From Smithellaceae bacterium (lineage in GTDB: Bacteria; Desulfobacterota; Syntrophia; Syntrophales; Smithellaceae): DNA of 64,000 bases. A program made the position numbers and the translations under genes. Where the stretch lies: contig OY821638.1 in the NCBI GenBank assembly GCA_963682105.1, forward strand, positions 463,071 to 527,070. The letters run 5' to 3'. Positions within the stretch are counted from its first letter, which is position 1; every line of letters begins with the position of its first letter. Positions 42,753 through 51,602 of the stretch are shown here, one piece after another. Below the pieces are notes generated by a model that was not told the DNA's origin, did not search any database, and saw only the letters and a program-made list of their open reading frames with translations.

Positions 42753-43310
42753 TTAACCCTCCGTTCTCAAAATACTTCCGTAGGTTCCAACTTCACCGAT
42801 TTTACCGTTTCCCAGATATACACCGGAACGGTTGACTAGAGACGATATGAATTCAAGTGTTCCTTTAACATTATCAATGGAAACATCATATAAATGTTTA
42901 TTTTCATCATTTATCTTCCTGATGTCCCTGGCGATTGCAGTTAGTTCAATCTTCAATTTTTCCATATCCTGACGCTGCTGTCCAACGGCGTATTTCGCCA
43001 ATGACATCAAATTAATAGACCTGTCATCTATATCGAGATTTCGGGCAAGTTTCTTTAAGATGTTGGTTCTGCCCTCTTCCAGAATCCGGACTTTGAGAAT
43101 CAAATTTTCTTTCAAAGCGTTATTCTCGTTTATCTGTTGCAGGGGCGCCGATTTCAGAATCATTTTTTTCTCATTTTGCAGAAAATTTTTAAGCTCCCCA
43201 TAGATCGCCAGTTCTTTTCTTAAAACATCGATCAGGAAATCAAACAATTCGGAGGAAGTCGAGTCCTCCAGACAGTTAGTCACAATGGTGTTTTGCTCTA
43301 ACATCATCAT
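42753..43310 (-). CDS. flgN: FlgN-like flagellar export chaperone
   Basis: Helical protein of about 185 aa between flgM and flgK (classical position). The start lies among three consecutive ATGs after AAGGA. Confidence 0.55.
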   Translation of the reverse strand: MMMLEQNTIVTNCLEDSTSSELFDFLIDVLRKELAIYGELKNFLQNEKKMILKSAPLQQINENNALKENLILKVRILEEGRTNILKKLARNLDIDDRSINLMSLAKYAVGQQRQDMEKLKIELTAIARDIRKINDENKHLYDVSIDNVKGTLEFISSLVNRSGVYLGNGKIGEVGTYGSILRTEG

Positions 43311-43364
43311 ATCCTTATATTTATTTATAATTGGCACTACAGACGCTTGTCTGAGGAAACAGAC

Positions 43365-43400
43365 GGCGGATAAGACAGCCCCTAAAGGGCGCTATCCGCC
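43365..43400 (-). promoter_or_regulatory. Intercistronic stem-loop between flgM and flgN
   Basis: Minus strand GGCGGATA-GCGCCCTTTAGGGGCTGTCT-TATCCGCC (8-bp outer stem plus an inner GCCC/GGGC). No clean U-tract follows. Confidence 0.35.
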
Positions 43401-43461
43401 GGGAGATGGACTACATCAGATGGGGATTAATTCTTCCGGGAGTATTACCCGCCTTCAACTT

Positions 43462-43776
43462 TCAGGCAAACAGGTCAACGATTGATTCTCCCACCATCTT
43501 ATTGGCAATCTGCTCTCCGCTTACGTTGTATGTGCCTTGTTCCACCTGACTTTTAATTTCCTGCACTTTTTCTTCGCGCACGTCAGGTGCCTTGGACACT
43601 TCAACTTTGGCTTGCTGAATTTCTTTTGCCCTGGTGGAAAGATCAACTTTTTCTTCTGGTTTCACTGCTGCCGCACTCGACCCAGCCTGTTTATCTACTG
43701 TCGGCGCAACATTCTCCGCGCGCTGATACTGCTGAATCATCTGAGCACTTACATCTTTAATATCCGATACTTTCAT
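43462..43776 (-). CDS. flgM: Anti-sigma-28 factor FlgM
   Basis: C-terminal motif KVQEIKSQVEQGTYNVSGEQIANKMV. ATG at 43776 with AAGGAG 8 nt upstream (the track start is GTG). Confidence 0.85.
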   Translation of the reverse strand: MKVSDIKDVSAQMIQQYQRAENVAPTVDKQAGSSAAAVKPEEKVDLSTRAKEIQQAKVEVSKAPDVREEKVQEIKSQVEQGTYNVSGEQIANKMVGESIVDLFA

Positions 43777-43811
43777 TGAAACCACTCCTTACTGCTTTGA
43801 TCTTACACACC

Positions 43812-43839
43812 GTATCGGCAAATTCAAGAAATTACTTTA
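43812..43839 (-). promoter_or_regulatory. Sigma28 (FliA)-type promoter for flgM
   Basis: Minus strand TAAA-N16-GCCGATAC, compared with consensus TAAA-N15-GCCGATAA. About 35 nt upstream of the flgM ATG. Confidence 0.6.
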
Positions 43840-44185
43840 ATTTATTTGAAACCTCCTTTGGTATCTTAGAGTTGTAACTGTTAGTCAGTTGATCGTATAA
43901 CACTTTTTTTAAACCTATCCCGTTATCCTGGGCCGCAATCGATTCAGCCATTTTCTGATCGACTATGGTTGTATAAGTATCCTTGCCGTAGTTGCTCATC
44001 CCCATTTGGCTTTTCGGAATGCTTTGACGCATGGTTTTGAGCAATTGATAGGTAAAAATGGATTCAAAATCCGCACAGACTTTTTTCAGTTTCTTTAACT
44101 CCGCTTCACTGTATTTTGAGGACTTTACATCCGTCTTCTGCTCTGCTTGAATCGGTTTTATGTTTATTTCCGTTGTCATATCCAT
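43832..44185 (-). CDS. flgJ: FlgJ-like rod-binding protein (rod-binding domain only, no muramidase domain)
   Basis: 117 aa. Rod_binding-type motif CADFESIFTYQLLKTMRQS. Confidence 0.75.
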   Translation of the reverse strand: MDMTTEINIKPIQAEQKTDVKSSKYSEAELKKLKKVCADFESIFTYQLLKTMRQSIPKSQMGMSNYGKDTYTTIVDQKMAESIAAQDNGIGLKKVLYDQLTNSYNSKIPKEVSNKLK

Positions 44186-44197
44186 ACAATCTCATTT

Positions 44198-45466
44198 TTA
44201 AATAACTTTAATGTCTGCCTGAAGAGCCCCTGCCGCCTTGATGGACTGTAAAATGGTTATCAGGTCACGCGGAGAAACACCGATGGCATTCAAAGCGCGA
44301 ACCACGTCGAAAATTGTCACTGACTGAGGAACCACCATCAATTGATGTTTTTCCTCCGTTACGTTAACAGTCGTCTGAGTGGTCACAACAGTCTGACCGC
44401 CGGGTACAATTGTCGTCCCCGCAGGCGCTCTTACAGCCGGAGCTTGCGCCGCCGCCTGACCGGGTGTTTGAGCAGGAGCGGACTCAGCACCCCTGGCCGG
44501 AGGCGCCGGACGTCTCGCAGCAGAGGGTGCAAAAGGAAGGGGTTGCGATACCTTGCTGTCTTCTTTGATCTGAATGCTCAAATTTCCATGAGCAACAGCA
44601 ACCGTGGATATACGAACATTTTCACCCATGACCACGGTCCCCGTTTTTTCGTTAAGAATAACCATGGCCGGTACGTCAACGGGAACATCTATTGATTCAA
44701 TGTGATAAACCAGTTCGGACAGAGAGCCCGTATAAGCCTCCCTGGTCTTAACGGTTACGGAAAAAGCGTCAATCTGCGTGGCTGCCGCAAAACTCAAAGC
44801 CTTATTAATGGCGGCGGCCATACGGCTGGACGTTGTAAAATCAGGCTGCTGCAAATTAATCATCAGAACTCTTTTCTTGTCGAAATCATAAGCTAGTTCC
44901 TTTTCCACGGTGGCGCCGTTGGAGATTCTGCCCACGCGAGTATGATTTTTGACCGCCCCGCCCCCGGCGCCGCCTGCTGAATACCCGCCCAGTGACAGCG
45001 CGCCTTGAGAAACAGCGTAAACCTCTCCATCCGCGCCGCGCAGCGGCGTCAAAAGCAGCGTTCCACCCTGAAGACTTTTTGCGGAGCCAACGGAAGAAAC
45101 CATCACGTCGATTTTGGAACCGTTTTTGGCAAATGGAGGCAATGTGGCAGTCACCATAACGGCGGCAATATTGTCCGCTTTGAGAGCCGACGTTTTATCT
45201 TTCATCGAAAGCCCTTGACGGTTCATGATATTGGCCAGTGACGACGCGGTGAAAATGTTTTTGGTCAGATCATCGCCGGTTCCCGCCAGCCCGACCACAA
45301 CGCCATAGCCTATCAACTGGTTGTCTCGGACGCCGCCGATTGTTGCAATATCTTTAATTCTTGCAGCCCAGGATACGCTGGCAAAAACAATCATGATCAA
45401 AAAGATCAGAAAACCGATGGATGCTTGTTGTTTTTTCATAACATTCTCCGAATATACTTTTTTCAA
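44198..45466 (-). CDS. flgI: Flagellar P-ring protein FlgI with a Pro/Ala-rich insertion
   Basis: RIKDIATIGGVRDNQLIGYGVVVGLAGTGD. C-terminus ALNAIGVSPRDLITILQSIKAAGALQADIKVI. The ATG at 45439 is an alternative start. Confidence 0.92.
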   Translation of the reverse strand: MKKVYSENVMKKQQASIGFLIFLIMIVFASVSWAARIKDIATIGGVRDNQLIGYGVVVGLAGTGDDLTKNIFTASSLANIMNRQGLSMKDKTSALKADNIAAVMVTATLPPFAKNGSKIDVMVSSVGSAKSLQGGTLLLTPLRGADGEVYAVSQGALSLGGYSAGGAGGGAVKNHTRVGRISNGATVEKELAYDFDKKRVLMINLQQPDFTTSSRMAAAINKALSFAAATQIDAFSVTVKTREAYTGSLSELVYHIESIDVPVDVPAMVILNEKTGTVVMGENVRISTVAVAHGNLSIQIKEDSKVSQPLPFAPSAARRPAPPARGAESAPAQTPGQAAAQAPAVRAPAGTTIVPGGQTVVTTQTTVNVTEEKHQLMVVPQSVTIFDVVRALNAIGVSPRDLITILQSIKAAGALQADIKVI

Positions 45467-45467
45467 A

Positions 45468-46166
45468 CTAGAAAGGCCAGACCCAGTCCACGACGCGTGT
45501 GAGCCATCCCGGTCTCATCTTGTCGTTGATCACGCCGTCGCCCGTATACATAATGCGGGCGTCGGCAATATACTGCGAGGCAACAGTATTATCCGTAGTA
45601 ATATCCTGCGGACGGACAATACCGCTGATGATCAGAAACTGATCCTCGGCATTGACGGTCACCTGTCGCCGACCTTCAATCAGAAGGTTGCCGTTGTCCA
45701 TAACCCGGATGACACGGGCGCTGATTCTAGCCGTTAAATTTGAGTTTCGGCTTGTATCTCCCGTGCCTTTGAGCGAGTTGGAATGGGTTCCTCCGATGGC
45801 AATCTCCCCTCCCATGCTGGTGTTATTGGCTATTATTGAATTATCGATTCCCAGAAGAGCATTGATGTTGGCGGAAGTCGAAGCGTCACGTCCTGTGGTG
45901 GTGCTGGCCTTGTTCCCGCCGGTCGCCGTCTCGGAGATGATAATGGTGACAATATCATCGAGATAGCGGGCCTTTTTATCGGCGAAGATCATGTTTTTAT
46001 CATTTTCCCCGCGCCAGATGGAACCAGGCGCCGCGGCGGGAGCCTGCGGCTGCGGCGCCGTATAGACCGTTTCCGGACGAACGGGTGTAATTTTTTGAGT
46101 GGCGCACCCTGCCGCGACGATGGACATGGCTGCAATAAATAATGCCGGTAAGATAACTTTTTTCAT
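45468..46166 (-). CDS. flgH: Flagellar L-ring lipoprotein FlgH
   Basis: Lipobox (IVAAGC). Conserved core (GDIVTIIISE..; LLIEGRRQVTVNAEDQFLIISGIVRPQDI). Confidence 0.9.
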   Translation of the reverse strand: MKKVILPALFIAAMSIVAAGCATQKITPVRPETVYTAPQPQAPAAAPGSIWRGENDKNMIFADKKARYLDDIVTIIISETATGGNKASTTTGRDASTSANINALLGIDNSIIANNTSMGGEIAIGGTHSNSLKGTGDTSRNSNLTARISARVIRVMDNGNLLIEGRRQVTVNAEDQFLIISGIVRPQDITTDNTVASQYIADARIMYTGDGVINDKMRPGWLTRVVDWVWPF

Positions 46167-46178
46167 AAAATCCTCTCT

Positions 46179-46901
46179 TTAAAAATCAACCTGTACTCTA
46201 CCGTGGCCGATGACGCGAGCGTATATAATTTTATTGGAACTGATGTTGCGAATCCGGACAAGGGCGTCTTCGGCCCCGTCTTCTTCGGCAATGCCGTTCA
46301 TCATCATTTTCATCGTGCCGCTGTCCAGAACCACCTGAACCATTTTACCTTTCCTGACGGGCATGACCTCTTTGAGCATCACGCGCGTAATGGTTGTGTT
46401 GGGACGGATATTGACGATGATATTCTTCCCCAGAACCTCCTCCATAGAGGACACGGTATTCATCGGAATACTTCTGACCCATTTTTTCTGAACAGTCACA
46501 TCAGACGTCTGCAAAATGCTGTCTTTGGCAATGTTGTTGACGCTGACGATAAAATCCCGCTGCACTTCGATGCGGACGCGAACATTTTCTTCTCTTGCGA
46601 AAATACCATTGGCAAAGATGCGGATGGTAAACGTTGAATCCCCGATGTACTCTTCCCTGGCTTTGCTTTCAATGCTGTATGTGATTTTTCCCTTCAGATC
46701 ATCCATCTTAGGCATCCCGGAGAGGAATTCCATCCGCATGCCGTCCGCGGGCCAGATCATATTCTGTTCAACATGCAGGCGGATCTTTCGCATCATCGCC
46801 GCATCATCGTTTTCTTTTGCCCGAACCTGCAAAGCGCCGGCAAACATCAGAGCTAAAATCAAAAGCGCAATCAGGGTTTTCTTTACTTCAAGTCTCAACA
46901 T
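46179..46901 (-). CDS. flgA: FlgA P-ring assembly chaperone
   Basis: 240 aa from the ATG at 46901 (5 nt after the flgG stop). Signal peptide and SAF-like C-terminus. Classical flgA position. Confidence 0.7.
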   Translation of the reverse strand: MLRLEVKKTLIALLILALMFAGALQVRAKENDDAAMMRKIRLHVEQNMIWPADGMRMEFLSGMPKMDDLKGKITYSIESKAREEYIGDSTFTIRIFANGIFAREENVRVRIEVQRDFIVSVNNIAKDSILQTSDVTVQKKWVRSIPMNTVSSMEEVLGKNIIVNIRPNTTITRVMLKEVMPVRKGKMVQVVLDSGTMKMMMNGIAEEDGAEDALVRIRNISSNKIIYARVIGHGRVQVDF

Positions 46902-46905
46902 TGCC

Positions 46906-47691
46906 TTATGACCTCTTGAGACTGTTGATGATGGAGAGCATGCTGTCGGCCGTCTGAATGGCTTTCGAATTGATTTCGTATGCCCTCTGTCCGACAATCA
47001 TCTTGACCATTTCGTCAATGACATTGACATTCGACATTTCCAGAAAACTCTGTGAAACAGTCCCAATACCGTTTTCCCCCGGGTTACCCGTTATCGCGTC
47101 GCCGGAAGACTCCGACTTGGCATACAGATTTCTGCCGACGCTTGTCAGACCTGCCGTATTGGTAAAAATGGCCAGTTCCAGTCGTCCGGTGGCCAGAGTC
47201 GTACCGGCCTGATCTGCAGCCGTCCATGTTCCTCCCGAATCCATCGTAAATGAAACGGTTCCGGACGGGACTGTGATATTGGGGATAAGTTTCAGGCCTT
47301 CGGAGTTGACGACCACCCCGTCTTTGTCCATCTTGAAATTACCGGCACGTGTGTAATAGGTATTTCCATTATCATCAATCTGGAAGAAACCGTTTTTTTC
47401 AATCGCCCAGTCAAACTGATTTCCGGTTTGTTGATAATCGCCCTGTGTAAATATTTTCTCTGTGGAGATGGGTTTGACGCCCATACCAACTTCAATACCG
47501 GCCGGTAATTGATTCCCCTGAGTGGTTTCTGCACCGGACTTGGTATAGATCTGATACATGAGGTCCTGAAAATCTGCGCGCGATTTTTTAAAGCCGACTG
47601 TGTTGATGTTGGCCAGGTTGTTGGCCACTACATCCTGCTCCAGTTGCTGGGCTGCCATTCCGGTCCCTGCGGTGTATAATGATCGAATCAT
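46906..47691 (-). CDS. flgG: Flagellar distal rod protein FlgG
   Basis: MIRSLYTAGTGM..ANNLANINTVGFK. C-terminus QRAYEINSKAIQTADSML. 261 aa. Confidence 0.95.
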   Translation of the reverse strand: MIRSLYTAGTGMAAQQLEQDVVANNLANINTVGFKKSRADFQDLMYQIYTKSGAETTQGNQLPAGIEVGMGVKPISTEKIFTQGDYQQTGNQFDWAIEKNGFFQIDDNGNTYYTRAGNFKMDKDGVVVNSEGLKLIPNITVPSGTVSFTMDSGGTWTAADQAGTTLATGRLELAIFTNTAGLTSVGRNLYAKSESSGDAITGNPGENGIGTVSQSFLEMSNVNVIDEMVKMIVGQRAYEINSKAIQTADSMLSIINSLKRS

Positions 47692-47703
47692 CGTTTTCTC
47701 CTC

Positions 47704-48417
47704 TTAAATCAATTTTCCAATCCGGTTGGTGGATATCTTGTCCATATCCTGAAGCGTTAAAATAACTTTCTGATAAGATTCAAACGTGCGTTGAATTTCC
47801 ATCATGTCCGTCATTTCCCTGACTGCATTTACGTTGGACATCTCCAGATAGCCTCCGGAAATTTTGTAATCTTTTGCATTGGTAAGACCTGCATTGCCGC
47901 TGTCCACAAAACGTCCATCTGTCGAACGACTGAGAGCGTAAGGGTCTTTGAACGACGATATCTTTAACTTCGCCGCCAGATTTTCGTCCACATAAATGGA
48001 ACCGTCATGATTGATATTGATATTGGATCCCGTCAGAACAATCTTGCCGGAGTCGCCCAGGACATAATCGCCGCTTGTCGTAACCAGTTCATTATTTTTA
48101 TTGAGAAGAAAATTGCCGTTTCGCGTATAGACATTGCCCTTCCTGGTTTGAATTGTGAAATAACCGTCGCCTTCAATAGCCATGTCCAGCGTATTGCCGG
48201 TCAGCATCAACGTCCCTTGTGAGTAATCCATCTTGGTAACGGTGGGACCGAGTTCCATCATTGCGCCTTCCTGAACCTTTTTACCCTTCATGGCATAATA
48301 GAGATGTTCTGCTTTGAAACCGGTAGTCGATGCATTGGCGATATTATTGGCGGCAAAATCCAGTTGCGTCAGCTTTCTCGCGCCCGCCCGGCCCATGTCT
48401 GTCACGTCATAACGCAT
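47704..48417 (-). CDS. flgF: Flagellar proximal rod protein FlgF
   Basis: 237 aa from the ATG at 48417 with AAGGAG 7 nt upstream. Rod-family N-terminus (FAANNIANASTTGFK) and C-terminus (EIQRTFESYQKV). Confidence 0.85.
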   Translation of the reverse strand: MRYDVTDMGRAGARKLTQLDFAANNIANASTTGFKAEHLYYAMKGKKVQEGAMMELGPTVTKMDYSQGTLMLTGNTLDMAIEGDGYFTIQTRKGNVYTRNGNFLLNKNNELVTTSGDYVLGDSGKIVLTGSNININHDGSIYVDENLAAKLKISSFKDPYALSRSTDGRFVDSGNAGLTNAKDYKISGGYLEMSNVNAVREMTDMMEIQRTFESYQKVILTLQDMDKISTNRIGKLI

Positions 48418-48447
48418 CGTCGATCTCCTTCGTTTTTCTGCTGTTAA

Positions 48448-48464
48448 ATGCAATCGATGTGCCA
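48448..48464 (-). promoter_or_regulatory. Sigma54 promoter for the flgF-flgG-flgA-flgH-flgI-flgJ operon
   Basis: Minus strand TGGCAC-ATCGA-TTGCAT, a perfect match to TGGCAC-N5-TTGCW, about 30 nt upstream of the flgF ATG. Confidence 0.8.
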
Positions 48465-48511
48465 GATGGAAAAAAAGCTCAATGAGGGATAGTAAACCGG
48501 TGGGCTGTTCA

Positions 48512-48546
48512 TTTGCATCTGGTTGATATATTTATATTTATGCAAA
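48512..48546. promoter_or_regulatory. Inverted repeat upstream of the sigma54 promoter (candidate enhancer/UAS)
   Basis: TTTGCAT-N21 (AT-rich)-ATGCAAA, centred about 70 bp upstream of the -24/-12 element. Confidence 0.3.
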
Positions 48547-48672
48547 TTTACTCTCATGTAATTTTTAAATCAAACGACAGTCCGGGCAAGGATGAAAAAC
48601 AGGGTTCCCGACAAGAATCAGGCAATTTTTTACCGCAGGGAATTTTTTTCCGGCTGAAGAATAATTTGAAAT

Positions 48673-48972
48673 TTATCGGATGTTATTTGTGCGCTGATTT
48701 TCGTTGAGTGAATAGACATAAGCCAGGATTTCTGCAACCGCCCGATAGAGCTCAACAGGGATTTCTGATCCGACTTTTATTTTAGAAAGAATCTGCACCA
48801 GATCAGGATCGTATTTAATGGGAATGCCGTTTTCGCGCGCGATCTCAATAATTCTTTCGGCGACTATTCCGCGTCCGCTGGCCGCTACTTCCGGCGCCCT
48901 GCTTTTTTCCGCGTCATATTTGATAGCTGCAGCCGTTTTGACCGCGGGCTTCTTATCCTTCGTGTTTTTCAT
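48673..48972 (-). CDS. Stand-alone FlhB C-terminal (post-cleavage CC) domain protein
   Basis: 99 aa from the ATG at 48972. Aligns by eye with the region of FlhB (58052..59128) that follows NPTH: AAAIKYDAEKSRAPEVAASGRGIVAERIIEIARENGIPI versus LAIAIKYEPMSMNAPIVVAKGADVIAEKIREIAKENDVPI. No TM region and no NPTH motif. Confidence 0.8.
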   Translation of the reverse strand: MKNTKDKKPAVKTAAAIKYDAEKSRAPEVAASGRGIVAERIIEIARENGIPIKYDPDLVQILSKIKVGSEIPVELYRAVAEILAYVYSLNENQRTNNIR

Positions 48973-48980
48973 AAACCATC

Positions 48981-50774
48981 CTATGCATAGGAATTCACCA
49001 GATCGGTTGTCCCCAATATCTGCTGTCCGATAAACTCCGCTTTCTGAGCCGCCAGATCGGATGTCTTCATGCACTCAACCCGATCCACGCCGTAACCGAT
49101 CGCCGTGAGGGCGTCTCTTAACATCTGTGACGAGGCATCGAGAAGTTCCCTTGTTTCTTCCTTCTCGCATTTGATGATACAGTGAATACGTCCTTCTCTC
49201 ACTCCCGCCTCAATCGCCATTTCCCCCAGATAATCCAGATCCAGAAAAATGCTGACTGAACAGGAGGAATATTTTTTTGAATCCGAAGCATTTTTGTCGT
49301 CGGGCCGGATGAAGATATCCGCCTGCCGATACATCTCTCCCAGAGAAAGAGGTATTTGCAGATACAATCCGTTTTCGTTTTGCTGATACACTACGTTAAC
49401 CGTCTGTCCGGTTTCAACAGTCTTCAGAGCATCTGATGTAAAAGAAGTCAGATTCAGGAGCTTTTGAACCGTAACGTCGTCGAATTTTGTCGTATCCTGA
49501 AGAGCCAGGCTAAGTGCATCCGATAATTTCAAAAGCGATGCTTTTAAATTATCCGCTGGAGCAGCGGGATTCTCTCCGAACTTTCTCATGGTCAGTGAAC
49601 TCAGATCTCTCTCCAGCATGAGCCCTGTTTTCGTGATAAAATCTTTCACGAAAAGCGGGTTGGACTTCGTCTTGGGAGAAAAAACAATATTGTTCAGAAT
49701 TTTGAGTAAAACCTCGGCATCTTTTCCCGAAAATCCAGAAGGCAGGCTGACTGATTTAAGATTTTGAGCGAATTCGGAGGACTTTTCAATCACCTGCGCC
49801 ATAGATTCAGGATTAATCCGCCATTGAATGAGCTTTTCATTGACCTTTGCCTCCAGGGCCTGCTTTGAGGCATCCGTTACAGTCAATATGATTTGCGGTT
49901 GAAGGCTCTGGACTTTGACCTGCAGCTTTTCTCCTTCTTTAAGGGGGATATCACTCGTCGCCGTAATGGTAGTGTTCCTGACGGCAATTTGATACTGATT
50001 GCCTGGAAGTTTTTCCTGAACGGTTACCGTCAGGGTCTGTCCGGGGGAAAGCGCAATTTCTGTTTTACTTTGTGTTTTAATATTGTCAAAAGATGAAAGC
50101 GTTTTAGTCACTCCCTGATTCAGGGACGTGTGCTGAACCTCTTTTGGAATCTGGTTTTGATTGGTTTTTACTCCAGCCGCCTGTTCCTGCGGTTCCAGCA
50201 ACTGCAAAACAAGCTGAGGTTGAACACTCTGAACCCTGACAGGCAACTTGTCTCCTGTAGCCAGAGGAGTCTCGCTTTTCACGGCAACCATTGTCCCTTT
50301 CAACGCCATCATATACTGATTGCCCGGAAGTTTTTCCTGAACCGTCACCGTCAGAGTCTGCCCCTGGGCAAGCGGTGGCATCGCGTGGTCATTGATCTTC
50401 ATATTCCCGAAAGCGTCCGGCGTCCTGGTCAATACCTGAAGCAGTGCCCCCGGCCTGGAGCCCCTTTGCGGATGGTTTTCGGTTCTGACGTCTGTTGCCT
50501 GCTCCTGAACCTCTATCGCCTGTAAAACAAGCTGCGGCTGCACACTCTGAACTTTAACCTGCAATTTCCCGCCTTGTTGAAGCGGCGCCTCGCTTTTAAT
50601 CGTAATTGCGGCCCCCTTCATGTTCATCAAATATTGATTATTCGGAAGTTTTTCAACAACATCAAGGACTAAAACTTCTCCAGGGGTTATCTTGAAAGGC
50701 AAACTGCTTTTGCTGATTTGTAAAAAAAGATTCAAATTGACGGGTGTATTAGGAATTCCAGGAGCTGAGGCCAT
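48981..50774 (-). CDS. FliK-like hook-length-control family protein with three tandem N-terminal repeats
   Basis: The C-terminal region (SVSIFLDLDYLGEMAIEAGVREGRIHCIIKCEKEETRELL) looks like a Flg_hook domain. Three repeats of about 65 aa contain EKLPGNQY...KLxVKVQSxQPQ. Confidence 0.6.
   Translation of the reverse strand: MASAPGIPNTPVNLNLFLQISKSSLPFKITPGEVLVLDVVEKLPNNQYLMNMKGAAITIKSEAPLQQGGKLQVKVQSVQPQLVLQAIEVQEQATDVRTENHPQRGSRPGALLQVLTRTPDAFGNMKINDHAMPPLAQGQTLTVTVQEKLPGNQYMMALKGTMVAVKSETPLATGDKLPVRVQSVQPQLVLQLLEPQEQAAGVKTNQNQIPKEVQHTSLNQGVTKTLSSFDNIKTQSKTEIALSPGQTLTVTVQEKLPGNQYQIAVRNTTITATSDIPLKEGEKLQVKVQSLQPQIILTVTDASKQALEAKVNEKLIQWRINPESMAQVIEKSSEFAQNLKSVSLPSGFSGKDAEVLLKILNNIVFSPKTKSNPLFVKDFITKTGLMLERDLSSLTMRKFGENPAAPADNLKASLLKLSDALSLALQDTTKFDDVTVQKLLNLTSFTSDALKTVETGQTVNVVYQQNENGLYLQIPLSLGEMYRQADIFIRPDDKNASDSKKYSSCSVSIFLDLDYLGEMAIEAGVREGRIHCIIKCEKEETRELLDASSQMLRDALTAIGYGVDRVECMKTSDLAAQKAEFIGQQILGTTDLVNSYA
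49866..50693 (-). repeat. Three tandem coding repeats (period about 107 codons) in the FliK-like gene
   Basis: aa 28-95, 136-201 and 243-303 share ..G(E/Q)xLxxxVxEKLPxNQYxxxxxxxxxxxxSxxPLxxGxKLxVxVQSxQPQxxL. Confidence 0.8.
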
Positions 50775-51235
50775 CAGGCATTCTCATTTTTTACCCGGTA
50801 AAGATCGACAATTAATCCTATTTCCGGTTCTGTAAAACCGGTGGCTTCGGCAACCTGTGCGTCAGAATAACCTTTTGAGATCATCTGAACAACCTGATCG
50901 TATTTGTCATTGGCTTGACCGGTCTGTTTATTTCCGACAGCCACCGGACCGTTTTCCTGTTTTTCAAGTAATGTTTTAACCCTTTTTTCTTTCAACTCAA
51001 GTTCAATAGCCAGTTCTTTTATCGTCAGACGGCTTTGTTCCAGCGCTTTAAGAAAGCTTTCAGAGGCGGCATGGGATTCATCCATCACTGCCTTCAAATC
51101 TTTCATCATATCCTGATGAGATTTTATGATGGGGTTTCTGAGCGTGGCGTTGACACGCCACAAAAGGAAGAAAATGGCGGCAAGGATCGCAAGGTCAACA
51201 ATCAGTTGAAAGACGATAGGATTAATATTGTTCAT
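50774..51235 (-). CDS. Membrane-anchored protein with a C-terminal HTH-like segment (DUF2802-like, unverified)
   Basis: N-terminal TM segment (IVFQLIVDLAILAAIFFLLW). C-terminus DKYDQVVQMISKGYSDAQVAEATGFTEPEIGLIVDLYR. TGATG overlap with the FliK-like gene. Confidence 0.45.
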   Translation of the reverse strand: MNNINPIVFQLIVDLAILAAIFFLLWRVNATLRNPIIKSHQDMMKDLKAVMDESHAASESFLKALEQSRLTIKELAIELELKEKRVKTLLEKQENGPVAVGNKQTGQANDKYDQVVQMISKGYSDAQVAEATGFTEPEIGLIVDLYRVKNENA

Positions 51236-51236
51236 C

Positions 51237-51548
51237 TTATACCGTAATATTTATGAGACCTCCCTCCTCGGAATCTTCGTTGCTTTCTTCCGCATGAAGT
51301 TCGGCTTGATTCTGGTGCTTGTTACCTGAACCCTTTTCCCTGGTTTCGCGGTCTATTCTTGTACGGATTTTCGATTTATCCGCTTCTTTGAAATCATTAA
51401 CTTTTTCTCTTGCGAGACGGTCCTCTTCCGACAACCTGAGTTGATGATATTTCTGCTGCAACTCCGCATGATGCTGCTGGATTTGCTGAATCTTCTCCAT
51501 CGGAGAAGTTTGCAGTATTGCCGTTTGTAAATCTATTGCCCTGACCAT
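51237..51548 (-). CDS. Hypothetical charged flagellar-cluster protein (103 aa)
   Basis: ORF with SD GGGGGA. Gln/Glu/Lys-rich. No motif recognised. Confidence 0.45.
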   Translation of the reverse strand: MVRAIDLQTAILQTSPMEKIQQIQQHHAELQQKYHQLRLSEEDRLAREKVNDFKEADKSKIRTRIDRETREKGSGNKHQNQAELHAEESNEDSEEGGLINITV

Positions 51549-51602
51549 GTACTTTTCCCCCGCTTCATATTTTTTATGAAAACAGGACTTCTTTTGTTTA
51601 CT

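Noticed and set aside
48501-48518. Plus-strand sigma54-like sequence TGGGCTGTTCATTTGCAT.
   Set aside because: The GG-to-GC spacing is off by one unless register-shifted. It would drive transcription antisense to the FlhB-C-like gene into a 64-aa ORF with no coding character. It more likely belongs to the inverted repeat upstream of the real minus-strand promoter.
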